DNA of 64,000 nt from Candidatus Moraniibacteriota bacterium (GCA_049287005.1 JBAQEZ010000003.1:31493-95492), one strand, 5' to 3'. Counted from the stretch's first letter, positions 28,025-37,838 are shown. Notes: generated by a model not told the origin, from the letters alone. Translations and numbers: made by a program.

Positions 28025-31000
28025 ATGACAAAAGTGATCCGCAAAAGCGCCTCTCCTCATTCCGAAAAAGACGAGCGGTCTCAGGAAATTTTAAAAAAAA
28101 TGCGCACGGGTTCGATCGAGGAGCAAGCTTCCCTTTTGGCAAACGCGCACGGTCTTACCTATACGGATCTGCACGTCTTTCCGATGAGCGCCGAGGATAT
28201 CATCCTGATTCCGGAAAGCGAGGCAAAAAAATTCAACCTCGTCCTGTTCAATACAAAAAATGCACTGGCTCGTTTCGCTCTTCTTGATCCCGCTAATGCG
28301 GAGGCGTTCCAATTCATCAAAGATGTTTCTGCTCTCCACGGATGGCAACCGGAAATATATATCGTTTCCCAGCCGTCGCTGGAACGAGCCTGGAAAGCTT
28401 ACTCCAAGCGCACGTTTATCGATAATCTGGATCTCGTCCGGGTCTCTCTCGGAGGTGACGATGTGGAAAAATTCGAGAAAGATTTCGGGGAGCTCGTGGC
28501 TCTCAAAGACAGCCACACAGCCAATACTTCGCGAGCCATGGAAATCATCCTGGCCGGCGCGAGAAAACTCCATGCCAGCGATATCCATCTGGAACCGGAA
28601 GAAAACGAGGTCCGCCTCCGTTACCGGATCGACGGTGTTTTGCAAGAAATAGGCAACCTGCCACAAGAACGCTACCATCTGATGCTGTCGCGCATCAAGA
28701 TGATTGCCAAGATGCGTCTCAACGTGCGCAAAGAGGCTCAAGACGGCCATTTTTTCATCAATCTGGAGGACAAGCGCATCGACGTGCGCGTCAACAGCAT
28801 TCCAGGCAAATACGGCGAAAATATCAACATGCGCCTTCTCTCAGGCGATGATGTCATCGTCGATGTCACGGCTCTCGGTCTCCGCGGCCTCGCCTACGAG
28901 GAGGTCATGAAACAAATCACCAAACCCAACGGCCTCATCCTCAACACGGGACCGACCGGTTCAGGGAAGACGACGACACTCTACACGCTGCTCAACCATA
29001 TCAATCAGCCAGAGATGAAGGTCATCACTATCGAAGACCCGATCGAATACACGCTGCCCGGTATCGTACAAACAGAAATTTCCAAGAACAAAGACTACAC
29101 GTTCGCAACGGCGCTCCGAGCCGTTGTCCGCCAAGATCCAGATATTATTCTCGTTGGAGAAATTCGCGACGACGAAACCGCTGATATTACCGTCAATGCC
29201 GCGCTGACCGGACATTTGGTGTTTTCTACGCTCCATGCCAATAGCTCGGCAGCGGCCATTCCGCGTTTTATGGAGCTTGGGGTCAAGCCGTCGCTCATCT
29301 CTGCCTCGCTCAATGCGCTCATCGGGCAACGCTTGGTACGCGTTCTCTGCGAACACTGCAAAGAATCCTATGAACCAGCGCGCGAAACGATCGATTCTAT
29401 CCTGAAACTCGTCACGATCATCTCCCCGAAAGCAAAAATTTCTCTCCCTAAGGAGGTAAAGGTCCTGTACAAATCGGTTGGGTGTGCTCAATGTCATTTC
29501 ACCGGATACCATGGACGCATCGGCATCTTTGAAGTCCTTACCATGACACAAGGAGTGGTAGAAATAATAAACAACATGGGTACTGAACAAGAGATTCTCC
29601 GCGCCGCCCTGGAAAACGGGATGGTCACTATGACGCAAGACGGGATACTCAAGGCGCTCGAAGGAACCACGACGCTTGATGAAGTGTGGCGAGTCGCCGA
29701 CCAGACAGAATCACTCCGCACTATTTATACAGAACTGATGCCGAGTGAGCTCTCTCGTTCCACGCATATCACAGAGGATCTTTTTGACGCGACAAAAAAA
29801 GAAATAGCCTCTCTCAAAAACTTTACTGCCTACGTAGGAACCCTGGATTCTAAGCTGCGCCTTCCTTCTCTCTTCGCAGGAGCCATCCTCATGCGCGCTG
29901 GAGACATTCACATCGAACCGAACGGAGATACCGTCGAGGTCCGCTTCCGCATCGATGGGATTCTCCAAACAGCCGCCCGCTTTCCGATTGCCGACTACCC
30001 GACGCTCATTGCGGAAATCAAGCTGGCTGCCGGACTCAAGTCCGGTGAGCGTTCCGGTACTATCGATGGTCGCTTCTCCCTCACCCTGGAAAAGATGGGA
30101 ACAAGCAAGATCGAGACCATCGATATTCGCCTCTCCATCATTCTCGGCGGCTTTGGAGAGACCATTGTGATGCGCCTGCTCAATCAGGCTGCCGTCAAAC
30201 TCGATCTTGATCTGCTCCATATCCGCAAAAAAAATCTTGAGAATATTTACACCGCCATCAGCAAACCTCACGGCGTCATCTTGAACGTCGGGCCGACCGG
30301 TTCCGGAAAAACGACGACGCTCTATAGCATCTTGGCCAAGCTCAACACGCCCGAAGTAAAAATTATTACCGTCGAAGACCCGATCGAATATCAGATTCCT
30401 GGCATCCTCCAGACCCAAACGAAAGAAAGCGAGGGTTATACGTTCGCCACAGCGCTCCGCTCGCTCATGCGTCAGAATCCGAATATTCTGATGATAGGTG
30501 AAATTCGCGACGACGAAACTGCTCAAATGGCTGTCCAGGCAGCCAGTACCGGCCATCTCGTCCTTTCCACGCTCCACACCAACTCAGCCGCCGGGGTTGT
30601 TTCTCGCCTGACAGCCATGGGGGTAAGCAACGATGACATTGCCAACACCGCCAACCTTTTTATGTCCCAACGCCTCGTCCGCAAAGCGTGTCAGAAGTGC
30701 AAAAAGCTCCTGCCGCCTACCAAAGAAGAAAAGGCTCTTATCGAAAAAATGCTCAGCTCGATGCCGGCATCGGCAGAAAAAGAGGCTGCCTTGAAAAACA
30801 TGTCCCTCCCTCATGAAAAGGGTTGCCCGGAGTGCGGCGGCACCGGTTTCGCCGGACAGATGATCATCGCCGAAACGCTTCTCGTTGACAAAAATCTTTC
30901 TGAGCTCATCTCACGCGGAGCGCTCGTCAGTGAAATCGAAGAAAAAGCCATCGAGCTCGGCATGATCACGATGACACAAGACGGCATTCTTTCTGTGCTG

Positions 31001-31048
31001 GAAGGCGACACCACGCTCGGAGAAATAAAGCGCGTGACGGATATTTGA
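28025..31048 (+). CDS. Tandem-duplicated type II/IV secretion ATPase (two complete GspE/PilB-like modules fused in one 1007-aa polypeptide)
   Basis: Module 1: an N-terminal N1E-like domain, Walker A NTGPTGSGKTTTLY, Walker B IILVGEIRDDETA, His box LVFSTLHAN and a CEHC...CAQC tetracysteine. Module 2: Walker A NVGPTGSGKTTTLY, Walker B ILMIGEIRDDETA, His box LVLSTLHTN and CQKC...CPECGG. Confidence 0.85.
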   Translation: MTKVIRKSASPHSEKDERSQEILKKMRTGSIEEQASLLANAHGLTYTDLHVFPMSAEDIILIPESEAKKFNLVLFNTKNALARFALLDPANAEAFQFIKDVSALHGWQPEIYIVSQPSLERAWKAYSKRTFIDNLDLVRVSLGGDDVEKFEKDFGELVALKDSHTANTSRAMEIILAGARKLHASDIHLEPEENEVRLRYRIDGVLQEIGNLPQERYHLMLSRIKMIAKMRLNVRKEAQDGHFFINLEDKRIDVRVNSIPGKYGENINMRLLSGDDVIVDVTALGLRGLAYEEVMKQITKPNGLILNTGPTGSGKTTTLYTLLNHINQPEMKVITIEDPIEYTLPGIVQTEISKNKDYTFATALRAVVRQDPDIILVGEIRDDETADITVNAALTGHLVFSTLHANSSAAAIPRFMELGVKPSLISASLNALIGQRLVRVLCEHCKESYEPARETIDSILKLVTIISPKAKISLPKEVKVLYKSVGCAQCHFTGYHGRIGIFEVLTMTQGVVEIINNMGTEQEILRAALENGMVTMTQDGILKALEGTTTLDEVWRVADQTESLRTIYTELMPSELSRSTHITEDLFDATKKEIASLKNFTAYVGTLDSKLRLPSLFAGAILMRAGDIHIEPNGDTVEVRFRIDGILQTAARFPIADYPTLIAEIKLAAGLKSGERSGTIDGRFSLTLEKMGTSKIETIDIRLSIILGGFGETIVMRLLNQAAVKLDLDLLHIRKKNLENIYTAISKPHGVILNVGPTGSGKTTTLYSILAKLNTPEVKIITVEDPIEYQIPGILQTQTKESEGYTFATALRSLMRQNPNILMIGEIRDDETAQMAVQAASTGHLVLSTLHTNSAAGVVSRLTAMGVSNDDIANTANLFMSQRLVRKACQKCKKLLPPTKEEKALIEKMLSSMPASAEKEAALKNMSLPHEKGCPECGGTGFAGQMIIAETLLVDKNLSELISRGALVSEIEEKAIELGMITMTQDGILSVLEGDTTLGEIKRVTDI

Positions 31049-31096
31049 TCTGAGCCCGTCAGGAAAACTCTCTTCAACAACCAAAGCATCAAAAAA

Positions 31097-31120
31097 AGAC
31101 CTCCGTGCGGAGGTCTTTCT
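31097..31120 (+). terminator. Intrinsic terminator after the tandem ATPase gene
   Basis: AAAAAAAGACCTCCG-TG-CGGAGGTCTTTCT. Confidence 0.6.
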
Positions 31121-31426
31121 GGATTTCGCTGAACAAAAACTGTTTAAACTGTAGACAAACCTCAAGTATAGGAGCCCGAGGAAAGGAAAAGTGTCGAGGT
31201 ATAGCGCAGCCGAAACCACCCTACCCGAATCTTGACTGACAGTTCCGCGATTGAGGACAAAAGATAGTAATCCCCAATTGTCTACAGATGAAACAGCCCC
31301 GGAAAGCTCCGAGGAGTCTTGTTAAGCGAAATATCATACTAGCATAGCTTTATTCTTTTGTCAACACATGTTACAATACAGGAGCCGGTATCTCGCTTTT
31401 TCCTTTCATTAAGCCTCTTTAGTCCT

Positions 31427-32440
31427 ATGTTAGTCCCCTCCGATACCACCCTCGCCGATGAGCAGAACTTCGATAATGTCTTGCGTCCCCAACATTTTTC
31501 AGAATATGTCGGCCAAGAAAAAATCAAGTGTCATCTGGATATCTTTATCCAGGCCGCGAAAAAACGCGAGGAAAGCATCGACCATGTCCTCTTGTATGGG
31601 CCAGCTGGCCTCGGCAAAACGACTCTCGCCCATATCATCGCCAAAGAGATGGGTGTCAACATCAAAGTCACCTCCGGTCCCGCCATCGAAAAGGTGGGGG
31701 ATTTGGGCTCTATCCTCACCAACCTCGACGATGGAGACGTCTTGTTCATCGATGAGATCCATCGCCTCAACAAAATGATCGAGGAGGTGTTGTACCCAGC
31801 CATGGAAGACTACAAGCTCGACATCATCATCGGCAAGGGACCGGCGGCGCGCACCATTCAACTGGATCTCCCTCGCTTCACGTTGATCGGCGCCACCACG
31901 CGGCTCGGTTCTCTTTCTAATCCTCTCCGCAATCGTTTCGGTTCGACGCATCGCCTCGAATTCTATACCCCGGAAGAAATCGAGAAGATCGTGAAACGTT
32001 CATCGGGCATCCTGGATATCGGTCTCGATGAAGAGGGCGCCAAAGCGATCGCTGGCTCGAGCCGTCAGACGCCGCGGGTTGCCAATCGCATCTTGAAACG
32101 TGTCCGCGATTATGCGCAGACGAAAGATTTCTCCACGATTACCGGCACCATCGCCCGTGAAGCGCTGCATCTCTATGAAATAGATCATCTCGGTCTCGAA
32201 CCGACCGACCGACACATCCTCGAAACCATCATCAGAAGGTTCAAGGGCGGCCCGGCCGGCCTCCAGGCGGTAGCCTCCGTCACTGGTGAAGAGATGCAAA
32301 CTATCGAAGATGTCGTCGAACCCTACCTTCTGCAACTGGGGTTTCTGGCACGCACGCCGCGTGGCCGCGTCGTCACTCCCGAAGGTTACAAACACCTCGA
32401 CATCCATATGCCTACCGACCATCAGGATAAATTGCTGTAG
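31427..32440 (+). CDS. ruvB: Holliday junction DNA helicase RuvB
   Basis: [16 protein letters not shown]...[24 protein letters not shown]...LFIDEIHRL, which is the AAA+ RuvB pattern. Start taken at MLVPSDTT (31427); the track ORF extends upstream to 31358. Confidence 0.95.
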   Translation: MLVPSDTTLADEQNFDNVLRPQHFSEYVGQEKIKCHLDIFIQAAKKREESIDHVLLYGPAGLGKTTLAHIIAKEMGVNIKVTSGPAIEKVGDLGSILTNLDDGDVLFIDEIHRLNKMIEEVLYPAMEDYKLDIIIGKGPAARTIQLDLPRFTLIGATTRLGSLSNPLRNRFGSTHRLEFYTPEEIEKIVKRSSGILDIGLDEEGAKAIAGSSRQTPRVANRILKRVRDYAQTKDFSTITGTIAREALHLYEIDHLGLEPTDRHILETIIRRFKGGPAGLQAVASVTGEEMQTIEDVVEPYLLQLGFLARTPRGRVVTPEGYKHLDIHMPTDHQDKLL

Positions 32441-32518
32441 GTTCCCGCTTCTGGTTGCTCTATAAACCGTATCGACCACACTTTTGATTTCGCGCGCCTG
32501 GTGGTAAACTAACGTGGT

Positions 32519-32737
32519 ATGCAATCGATTTTTGGAATTGTTTATTTGCTGCTTTTTTTCAGCTACGTTCTCGTCGCGATTTTCATCATTTTTCATATTT
32601 TCCGTTACTCTCTCAAGCGCGGCGCGGCTCTATTCGGCGCCACTCTGTTCTCTGTTGTCTTGGCCGTCTTACTTCTCGCCAACTTCCTCCTCTTCCTGTC
32701 GCTTCCATTCAATGAGCTCCTTGCACATACTTTCTGA
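32519..32737 (+). CDS. Small hypothetical membrane protein (72 aa, 2 TM)
   Basis: Two hydrophobic helices. Immediately upstream of the bPH_2 membrane protein gene and on the same strand. Confidence 0.3.
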   Translation: MQSIFGIVYLLLFFSYVLVAIFIIFHIFRYSLKRGAALFGATLFSVVLAVLLLANFLLFLSLPFNELLAHTF

Positions 32738-32745
32738 ACATTTTT

Positions 32746-33291
32746 ATGGCCTCTCTATTTCATCGTTATCATTTTTCTGGGCAGCGCGAAGGCGAAGAGG
32801 TGGTTAGAGTGATCCATCGCCACTGGTTCAACATTTTTGCTCATTTTCTGCTCATCCTGCTCTTTTCCTTGCTGCTGGTCGGGAGTCTCGTGACACTCCC
32901 TGCTCTTTTTCCGGATATGCTCCGTGCGGTGGATGCGCGCTTTTTCATCTTCATGGAAAACACCTTTTTCATTTTTCTCTGGCTTTTCAGCTTTCTCATA
33001 TGGATCGACTATTATTTCGATGTCTGGATCATCACCAGCCAACGTATCGTCAACATCGAGCAGAAAGGGTTGTTTAACCGCCACATAAGCGAGCTCAACT
33101 TCTCCAACATTCAGGATGTCACTACGACCGTGGAAGGCATCATCCCCACGGTGCTGAATTTCGGCGAAGTCCTAGTGCAGACCGCTGGTGAGAAAGAACG
33201 CTTTGTCTTCCATATGGTTCCGGACCCCTACAAAATCAAAGACGCTATCATGAAAATTTCCGAACACTCTCGCTCCGATGGCTTGCGCTAG
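32746..33291 (+). CDS. Bacterial PH-domain (bPH_2 / YdbS-like) membrane protein
   Basis: Two N-terminal TM helices followed by a roughly 80-aa PH-like domain (ITSQRIVNIEQKGLFNRHISELNFSNIQDV...). Confidence 0.6.
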   Translation: MASLFHRYHFSGQREGEEVVRVIHRHWFNIFAHFLLILLFSLLLVGSLVTLPALFPDMLRAVDARFFIFMENTFFIFLWLFSFLIWIDYYFDVWIITSQRIVNIEQKGLFNRHISELNFSNIQDVTTTVEGIIPTVLNFGEVLVQTAGEKERFVFHMVPDPYKIKDAIMKISEHSRSDGLR

Positions 33292-33391
33292 AAAATCAGC
33301 GCGGGGGTTGATTCTTTTCAAAAAATCAGTACAATAGATCTTCCTCTCGCATTTTTCGCCCCTCATCCTCTATTCATTGTTTTTCTTCACT

Positions 33392-34111
33392 ATGTCAGGA
33401 CACTCACACTGGGCCACTACTCATCGGCAGAAAGGCGTCAACGATGCGAAGCGCGGCGCCGTCTTCACTAAATACGGCCGCAATATTATCGTGGCGGCCA
33501 GTCATGGCGGAGGCAACCCTGATACCAACTTCAGCTTGCGTCTCGCTATCGACCAGGCAAAAACGGTCAATATGCCCAAAGAAAACATCGAGCGCGCCAT
33601 CAAACGCGGTACCGGCGAACTGAAGGATGGAGTCCAGATAGAGGAGCTCACCTATGACGCCTACGGCCCGGGCAATATTGCGCTCCTTATAGAAACAACC
33701 ACGGATAACAAAAATCGCACCGTAAGCGAAATCAAAAGCATCCTCACGAAAGGCGGGGGAAAATTCGTCCCAGCCGGATCGGTAGGGTTTCTCTTCAAAC
33801 GCGTCGGTATGCTTTCGTTTCCTGCCAAACCAGAAGAAAGAGAAAACTATGAACTGACTGCTATCGATTCCGGAGCAGATGATTTTTCTTCCGAAGAAGG
33901 CTACTTCATCGTTTATACGAAGCCAGAGGATTTTCAGAGGGTCAAAGATTATTTTGAAACACGGGGACCTGCCCCTGAAACCGCCACGCTTGGATATGTG
34001 CCGCTGCAAACAGCTGCCCTCCCCGAAAATGCCACGGCTTCTTTTGAAAAACTCTTCGAAACCCTCGAGGATCACGCCGATGTCCAAACCGTTTGGACCA
34101 ACCTCGAATAA
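33392..34111 (+). CDS. yebC: YebC/PmpR family DNA-binding regulatory protein
   Basis: MSGHSHWATTHRQKGVNDAKRGAVFTK...; the classic ruvC neighbour. Confidence 0.9.
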   Translation: MSGHSHWATTHRQKGVNDAKRGAVFTKYGRNIIVAASHGGGNPDTNFSLRLAIDQAKTVNMPKENIERAIKRGTGELKDGVQIEELTYDAYGPGNIALLIETTTDNKNRTVSEIKSILTKGGGKFVPAGSVGFLFKRVGMLSFPAKPEERENYELTAIDSGADDFSSEEGYFIVYTKPEDFQRVKDYFETRGPAPETATLGYVPLQTAALPENATASFEKLFETLEDHADVQTVWTNLE

Positions 34112-34160
34112 CCGCAAAAATCTCGTGGGTCCGCTCTATAAAATGCTTCGTCTCACCGCT

Positions 34161-34658
34161 ATGAAAATATTGGGCATTGATCCTGGCACGGCGACGGTCG
34201 GCTGGGGAGTCATCAATACAGACGGTAGCAAGACGACGGCTGTCGCCTATGGTCATATAGCCACTTCCAAAGATTTGCCCCTCCCCAAACGCTTACTGGA
34301 AATTGCTCAGGACCTTTCCGATATCATCCGAGAACACCAACCCGAGGAAGCGGCCGTTGAAGAGATTTTCTTCTCCAATAACCAAAAAACCATTATTTCT
34401 GTCGCCCAAGCCCGTGGCTGTATCCTCTTGACATTGGAGAATTTATGTGTTAATATTTTCAGTTACACTCCTCTCGAAGTGAAACAAGCACTCACCAATT
34501 ACGGACGCGCCGATAAGGCCCAGGTACAGCTGATGGTCAAGGCGCTCCTCAATCTGGCGGCTATACCGAAACCGGATGATGTGGCGGATGCACTGGCCAT
34601 CGCGCTCTGTCATGCCAGCCGTCGCAAGATGGAGGCTATAAAAAATTCTCCCCAATAA
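34161..34658 (+). CDS. ruvC: Crossover junction endodeoxyribonuclease RuvC
   Basis: MKILGIDPGTATVGWGVI...EEIFF...ADALAIALCHA, which includes the catalytic Asp/Glu residues. The start lies inside the track ORF 33879-34658. Confidence 0.9.
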   Translation: MKILGIDPGTATVGWGVINTDGSKTTAVAYGHIATSKDLPLPKRLLEIAQDLSDIIREHQPEEAAVEEIFFSNNQKTIISVAQARGCILLTLENLCVNIFSYTPLEVKQALTNYGRADKAQVQLMVKALLNLAAIPKPDDVADALAIALCHASRRKMEAIKNSPQ

Positions 34659-34685
34659 GTAAGTTCATAAACTACGGGCTATCCT

Positions 34686-35342
34686 ATGGCGTACCATCCT
34701 CTCATTACTTTTTTTGTGACACAGGGCGTACCGGTGCAAACTATCGTCCTTCTTTTGATGCTGCCGATCGTAGCGACGCTGGTGGCCTTCTTCCGCCAAG
34801 TCATAGGTGTCAAGGCTTTCGGCATCTACACTCCCTCCATCATCACCTTTGCTTTGCTCGCCTTTGATCCGAATGGCGTGAAGTACGGCATCGCCATTTT
34901 CATCAGCGTTATCTTGGTCGGGATGGTGACCCGTTTTATCTTAAAAAGGTTCCGCCTGCTTTATCTGCCGCGCGTCGCCATCACCCTTTCCATCATTTCT
35001 CTCGCCATCCTCTTCATTCTCGTGGTGGGCGGGGCGTACCAGCGCACCGGGCTGGCTTCGGTATCTATCTTTCCGCTCCTCATCATGATCACGCTCGCGG
35101 AGAAATTCATCGCGACACAAATCGAGAAAGGGAGCCGAGCTGCCTTCATCTTGGCGGCCGAGACGCTCGTCATTTCTGTCATTGGCTATTTCCTGGTAAG
35201 CTGGCACGCGCTCACCGTCTTGATTCTGGAATACCCTTGGCTGGTTCTTCTTACTTTCGTCATCAATTTCTCTTTGGGGAAATGGACGGGCTTGCGCATT
35301 ACGGAATATTTCCGTTTTCGCAAAATCGCCCGTTATTTATAG
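34686..35342 (+). CDS. Seven-TM integral membrane protein; candidate stand-alone 7TM partner of the ATP-grasp/protease module (7TM_transglut-like, lacking a transglutaminase domain)
   Basis: Seven predicted hydrophobic helices in 218 aa, sitting 21 nt upstream of the ATP-grasp-protease fusion gene on the same strand. Confidence 0.5.
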   Translation: MAYHPLITFFVTQGVPVQTIVLLLMLPIVATLVAFFRQVIGVKAFGIYTPSIITFALLAFDPNGVKYGIAIFISVILVGMVTRFILKRFRLLYLPRVAITLSIISLAILFILVVGGAYQRTGLASVSIFPLLIMITLAEKFIATQIEKGSRAAFILAAETLVISVIGYFLVSWHALTVLILEYPWLVLLTFVINFSLGKWTGLRITEYFRFRKIARYL

Positions 35343-35363
35343 TTTTCTTTCTTCGACTTCTCT

Positions 35364-36779
35364 ATGTTTGAATTTTTCAAAAAAAGCCAGGGGCTCCTTG
35401 GCATGAACGCGCGGAACCTCGAGTACATCCGCCCTCATAATCGCCGCCGCGGCATGGAGATTGCCGACAGCAAACTTCTCTGCAAGCGCATCTTGAAAAA
35501 AAATAGTCTCGGCGTCTCCACACTCATTGCCAAAATAAAAAATTACGAAGAACTCGATCAATTCGATTTTACGACGCTGCCCGATAGTTTTGCCCTGAAG
35601 CCGAACCGCGGTTTCGGAGGCGAAGGCATCATGGTGGTGTACGCTCGCAAAAAATCTGCTCGCGCTGCCGGCGAAAATCATGGCAATGTCTGGATAAAAG
35701 CCGACGGATCTACCATTACGACTGAGGATCTCAAAAGTCATATTCGCAACATTATCGATGGATCATTCTCTCTTTCCAACGTTCCCGATATCGCTTTTTT
35801 TGAAGAGCGGCTAAAGCTCCTCAAGCTCTTCAAACCATACTCCTACAAAGGCATCCCCGATATCCGCATCATCATCTTCAACCGCATCCCGGTTATGGCG
35901 ATGCTCCGTCTCCCGACCCGCGCCTCTGACGGCAAGGCCAACCTCCAGCAGGGGGCCATCGGCGTCGGCATCGACCTGGCGACCGGCACAACGACGAGCG
36001 CTATTTTGGGGAAAGGCCACATTATCGAATATGTTCCCGGCACACGTCTCGCTCTCTCGGGCATCAAAATCCCCTACTGGAAAACCATTCTCCGTATGGC
36101 TATCGATGCTCAATCGATATCACACCTCGGCTTCCTCGGCGCCGATATCGCCATCGATCGCGACCGCGGTCCGGTCATCCTGGAGCTGAATGCCCGGCCG
36201 GGGCTGTCTATCCAGCTGGCAAATCTGAGCGGCCTGAAAGAGCGCCTGAAACGCATCGGCGGACTGAAGATCAAAACTCCCGAGCGCGGCATGCGCGTCG
36301 GGATGAACCTCTTCGGCGGCGAGATCGAAGAAGAAATCGAGGAGCTCTCCGGCAAGCACGTCATCGGGAGCATTGAGAAGATCAAACTCATCGGGAAGGA
36401 TGGTCAAGAAATCGAAGTGGAAGCGAAGATCGATACCGGTGCTGACTCCACCTCTATCGACACGGAGCTAGCCAGACAACTCGGGTTTGGAGAAGCGTTA
36501 AAAACATTCGGGGAAAGAGCCTCAGGAAAAAATATTCTTGCCGAGCTTTCCAAAGAAGAACGCGAGAGTCTTTTTTCTCATATCCCTGATCTCGCAGATA
36601 CAGTCCCGATCAAATCTTCCCACGGGGTTTCCTACCGTCCGGTCGTACTCCTCACGCTCATCGTCGACTCAGTCGCTATCCCCGCGAAGGTTTCTTGCAT
36701 CGATCGTTCGCATCTCGCCTACCCTGTTATTATCGGCCGCAAACATTTGAGAAAATTTCTCATCGATATCAACAAATAA
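35364..36779 (+). CDS. Alpha-L-glutamate ligase-related (RimK-like ATP-grasp) enzyme fused to a C-terminal retropepsin-like (RimB/PF05618-type) aspartic protease domain
   Basis: The N-terminus QGLLGMNARNLEYIRPHN... matches the start of alpha-L-glutamate-ligase-related proteins. ATP-grasp core (FALKPNRGFGGEGIMVV ... ILELNARPG). The C-terminal ~150 aa carry the retropepsin motif KIDTGADSTSID and a second half ending ...AYPVIIGRKHL. Confidence 0.7.
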   Translation: MFEFFKKSQGLLGMNARNLEYIRPHNRRRGMEIADSKLLCKRILKKNSLGVSTLIAKIKNYEELDQFDFTTLPDSFALKPNRGFGGEGIMVVYARKKSARAAGENHGNVWIKADGSTITTEDLKSHIRNIIDGSFSLSNVPDIAFFEERLKLLKLFKPYSYKGIPDIRIIIFNRIPVMAMLRLPTRASDGKANLQQGAIGVGIDLATGTTTSAILGKGHIIEYVPGTRLALSGIKIPYWKTILRMAIDAQSISHLGFLGADIAIDRDRGPVILELNARPGLSIQLANLSGLKERLKRIGGLKIKTPERGMRVGMNLFGGEIEEEIEELSGKHVIGSIEKIKLIGKDGQEIEVEAKIDTGADSTSIDTELARQLGFGEALKTFGERASGKNILAELSKEERESLFSHIPDLADTVPIKSSHGVSYRPVVLLTLIVDSVAIPAKVSCIDRSHLAYPVIIGRKHLRKFLIDINK

Positions 36780-36842
36780 TCTGCCCCATTTTTTTATTGT
36801 TCCTTTTTTAGAGATTGTTTTTAATTTTTTTTGACACCCCCT

Positions 36843-37838
36843 ATGACGTTGGAAGATTACATCAAGAATATCAAGCACGGCGGCTTCAAGTCCTTTCTCA
36901 AAAAGGCATCGGGTCTCGGCGTACAGATAGAGATGATCGAGGAAGAGGGCTCTCCTATCTTGAAACTCACCTACAAAGAGAAAGCTATTTTTTGCTATAA
37001 AAGGAATCTGCCTATTTACAAAAGGATGGGCAACCTCACAAAAAATAAAGCGGTTACCAAAACGATTCTCGAAGCTTCAGGCATCCAAACGCCCAAAGGA
37101 ATCACCGCCACTTCCCTGAGGGAAGCTCTGGATCTCGTCCGAAAGAAAAAACTCCGCTACCCGCTCATTTGCAAACCCGTTGACGGATCGCTGGCCAAAG
37201 GCGTGACCTGGGATATCGCTTCGCCCCAAGAGCTGCGCGTCGCTGTCGCCCACGCGAAGGGCGCCTATGGCAAGCGTCCGCGAGCCAGATTTCTGATTGA
37301 GGAAATGTTCGTTGCGAACGAGTACCGCGTCTTGATCTTCAATGGCAAAGTGCTCTCTTGCGTGCAAAAAATTTCTGCGGGGGTCACTGGCGACGGGGTC
37401 TCTACTATCGAGGAGCTCATTTCCCGTTTCAATGCGAAAAGATTGCCTGGCTTTGAAATCAAGCTCGACAAGACAGCGAAGGAGACCCTCAAGACGCGCC
37501 TCCTCTCTCTCAAGTCCGTGCTCCCAAAAAATCATTTTTTCAAATTAAGGAATAATCTCAACATGTCTGACGGTGGGAGATCTATCGATTGTACGAAAGA
37601 CATGCATGCTGCTTTCAAAGATATCTGTACGCGGGCCATTGAGGCAGTAGGTCTCACCTATGGCGGCATCGATTTTTTTGCAAAGGATATTTCTTCTTCG
37701 GCAAGCGAATACGTTATTATCGAAATCAACCCCAACCCTTTCTACAATATGCACGAGAAACCACTTGTGGAAGGCAAAGGAGTGGATGTTTCCAGCGAAA
37801 TCCTCAAGGGAATCTTTCCGCGGCTAGACAAAAAATAG
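36843..37838 (+). CDS. Second ATP-grasp enzyme, cyanophycin-synthetase (CphA N-terminal ATP-grasp)-like
   Basis: LTKNKAVTKTILEASGIQTPKG...YPLICKPVDGSLAKGV...NEYRVLIFNGKVLSCV...YVIIEINPNP parallels the CphA and RimK ATP-grasp motifs. Confidence 0.6.
   Translation: MTLEDYIKNIKHGGFKSFLKKASGLGVQIEMIEEEGSPILKLTYKEKAIFCYKRNLPIYKRMGNLTKNKAVTKTILEASGIQTPKGITATSLREALDLVRKKKLRYPLICKPVDGSLAKGVTWDIASPQELRVAVAHAKGAYGKRPRARFLIEEMFVANEYRVLIFNGKVLSCVQKISAGVTGDGVSTIEELISRFNAKRLPGFEIKLDKTAKETLKTRLLSLKSVLPKNHFFKLRNNLNMSDGGRSIDCTKDMHAAFKDICTRAIEAVGLTYGGIDFFAKDISSSASEYVIIEINPNPFYNMHEKPLVEGKGVDVSSEILKGIFPRLDKK

Noticed and set aside
29711-30577. 288-aa minus-strand ORF
   Set aside because: Antisense to the tandem GspE gene, where every catalytic motif lies in the plus frame.
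33879-34160. 5' extension of the ruvC track ORF back to 33879
   Set aside because: It overlaps the yebC coding region in a different frame. The conserved RuvC N-terminus MKILGIDPGT begins at 34161.
35811-36407. Several minus-strand ORFs of 74-100 aa
   Set aside because: Antisense to the ATP-grasp-protease fusion gene.
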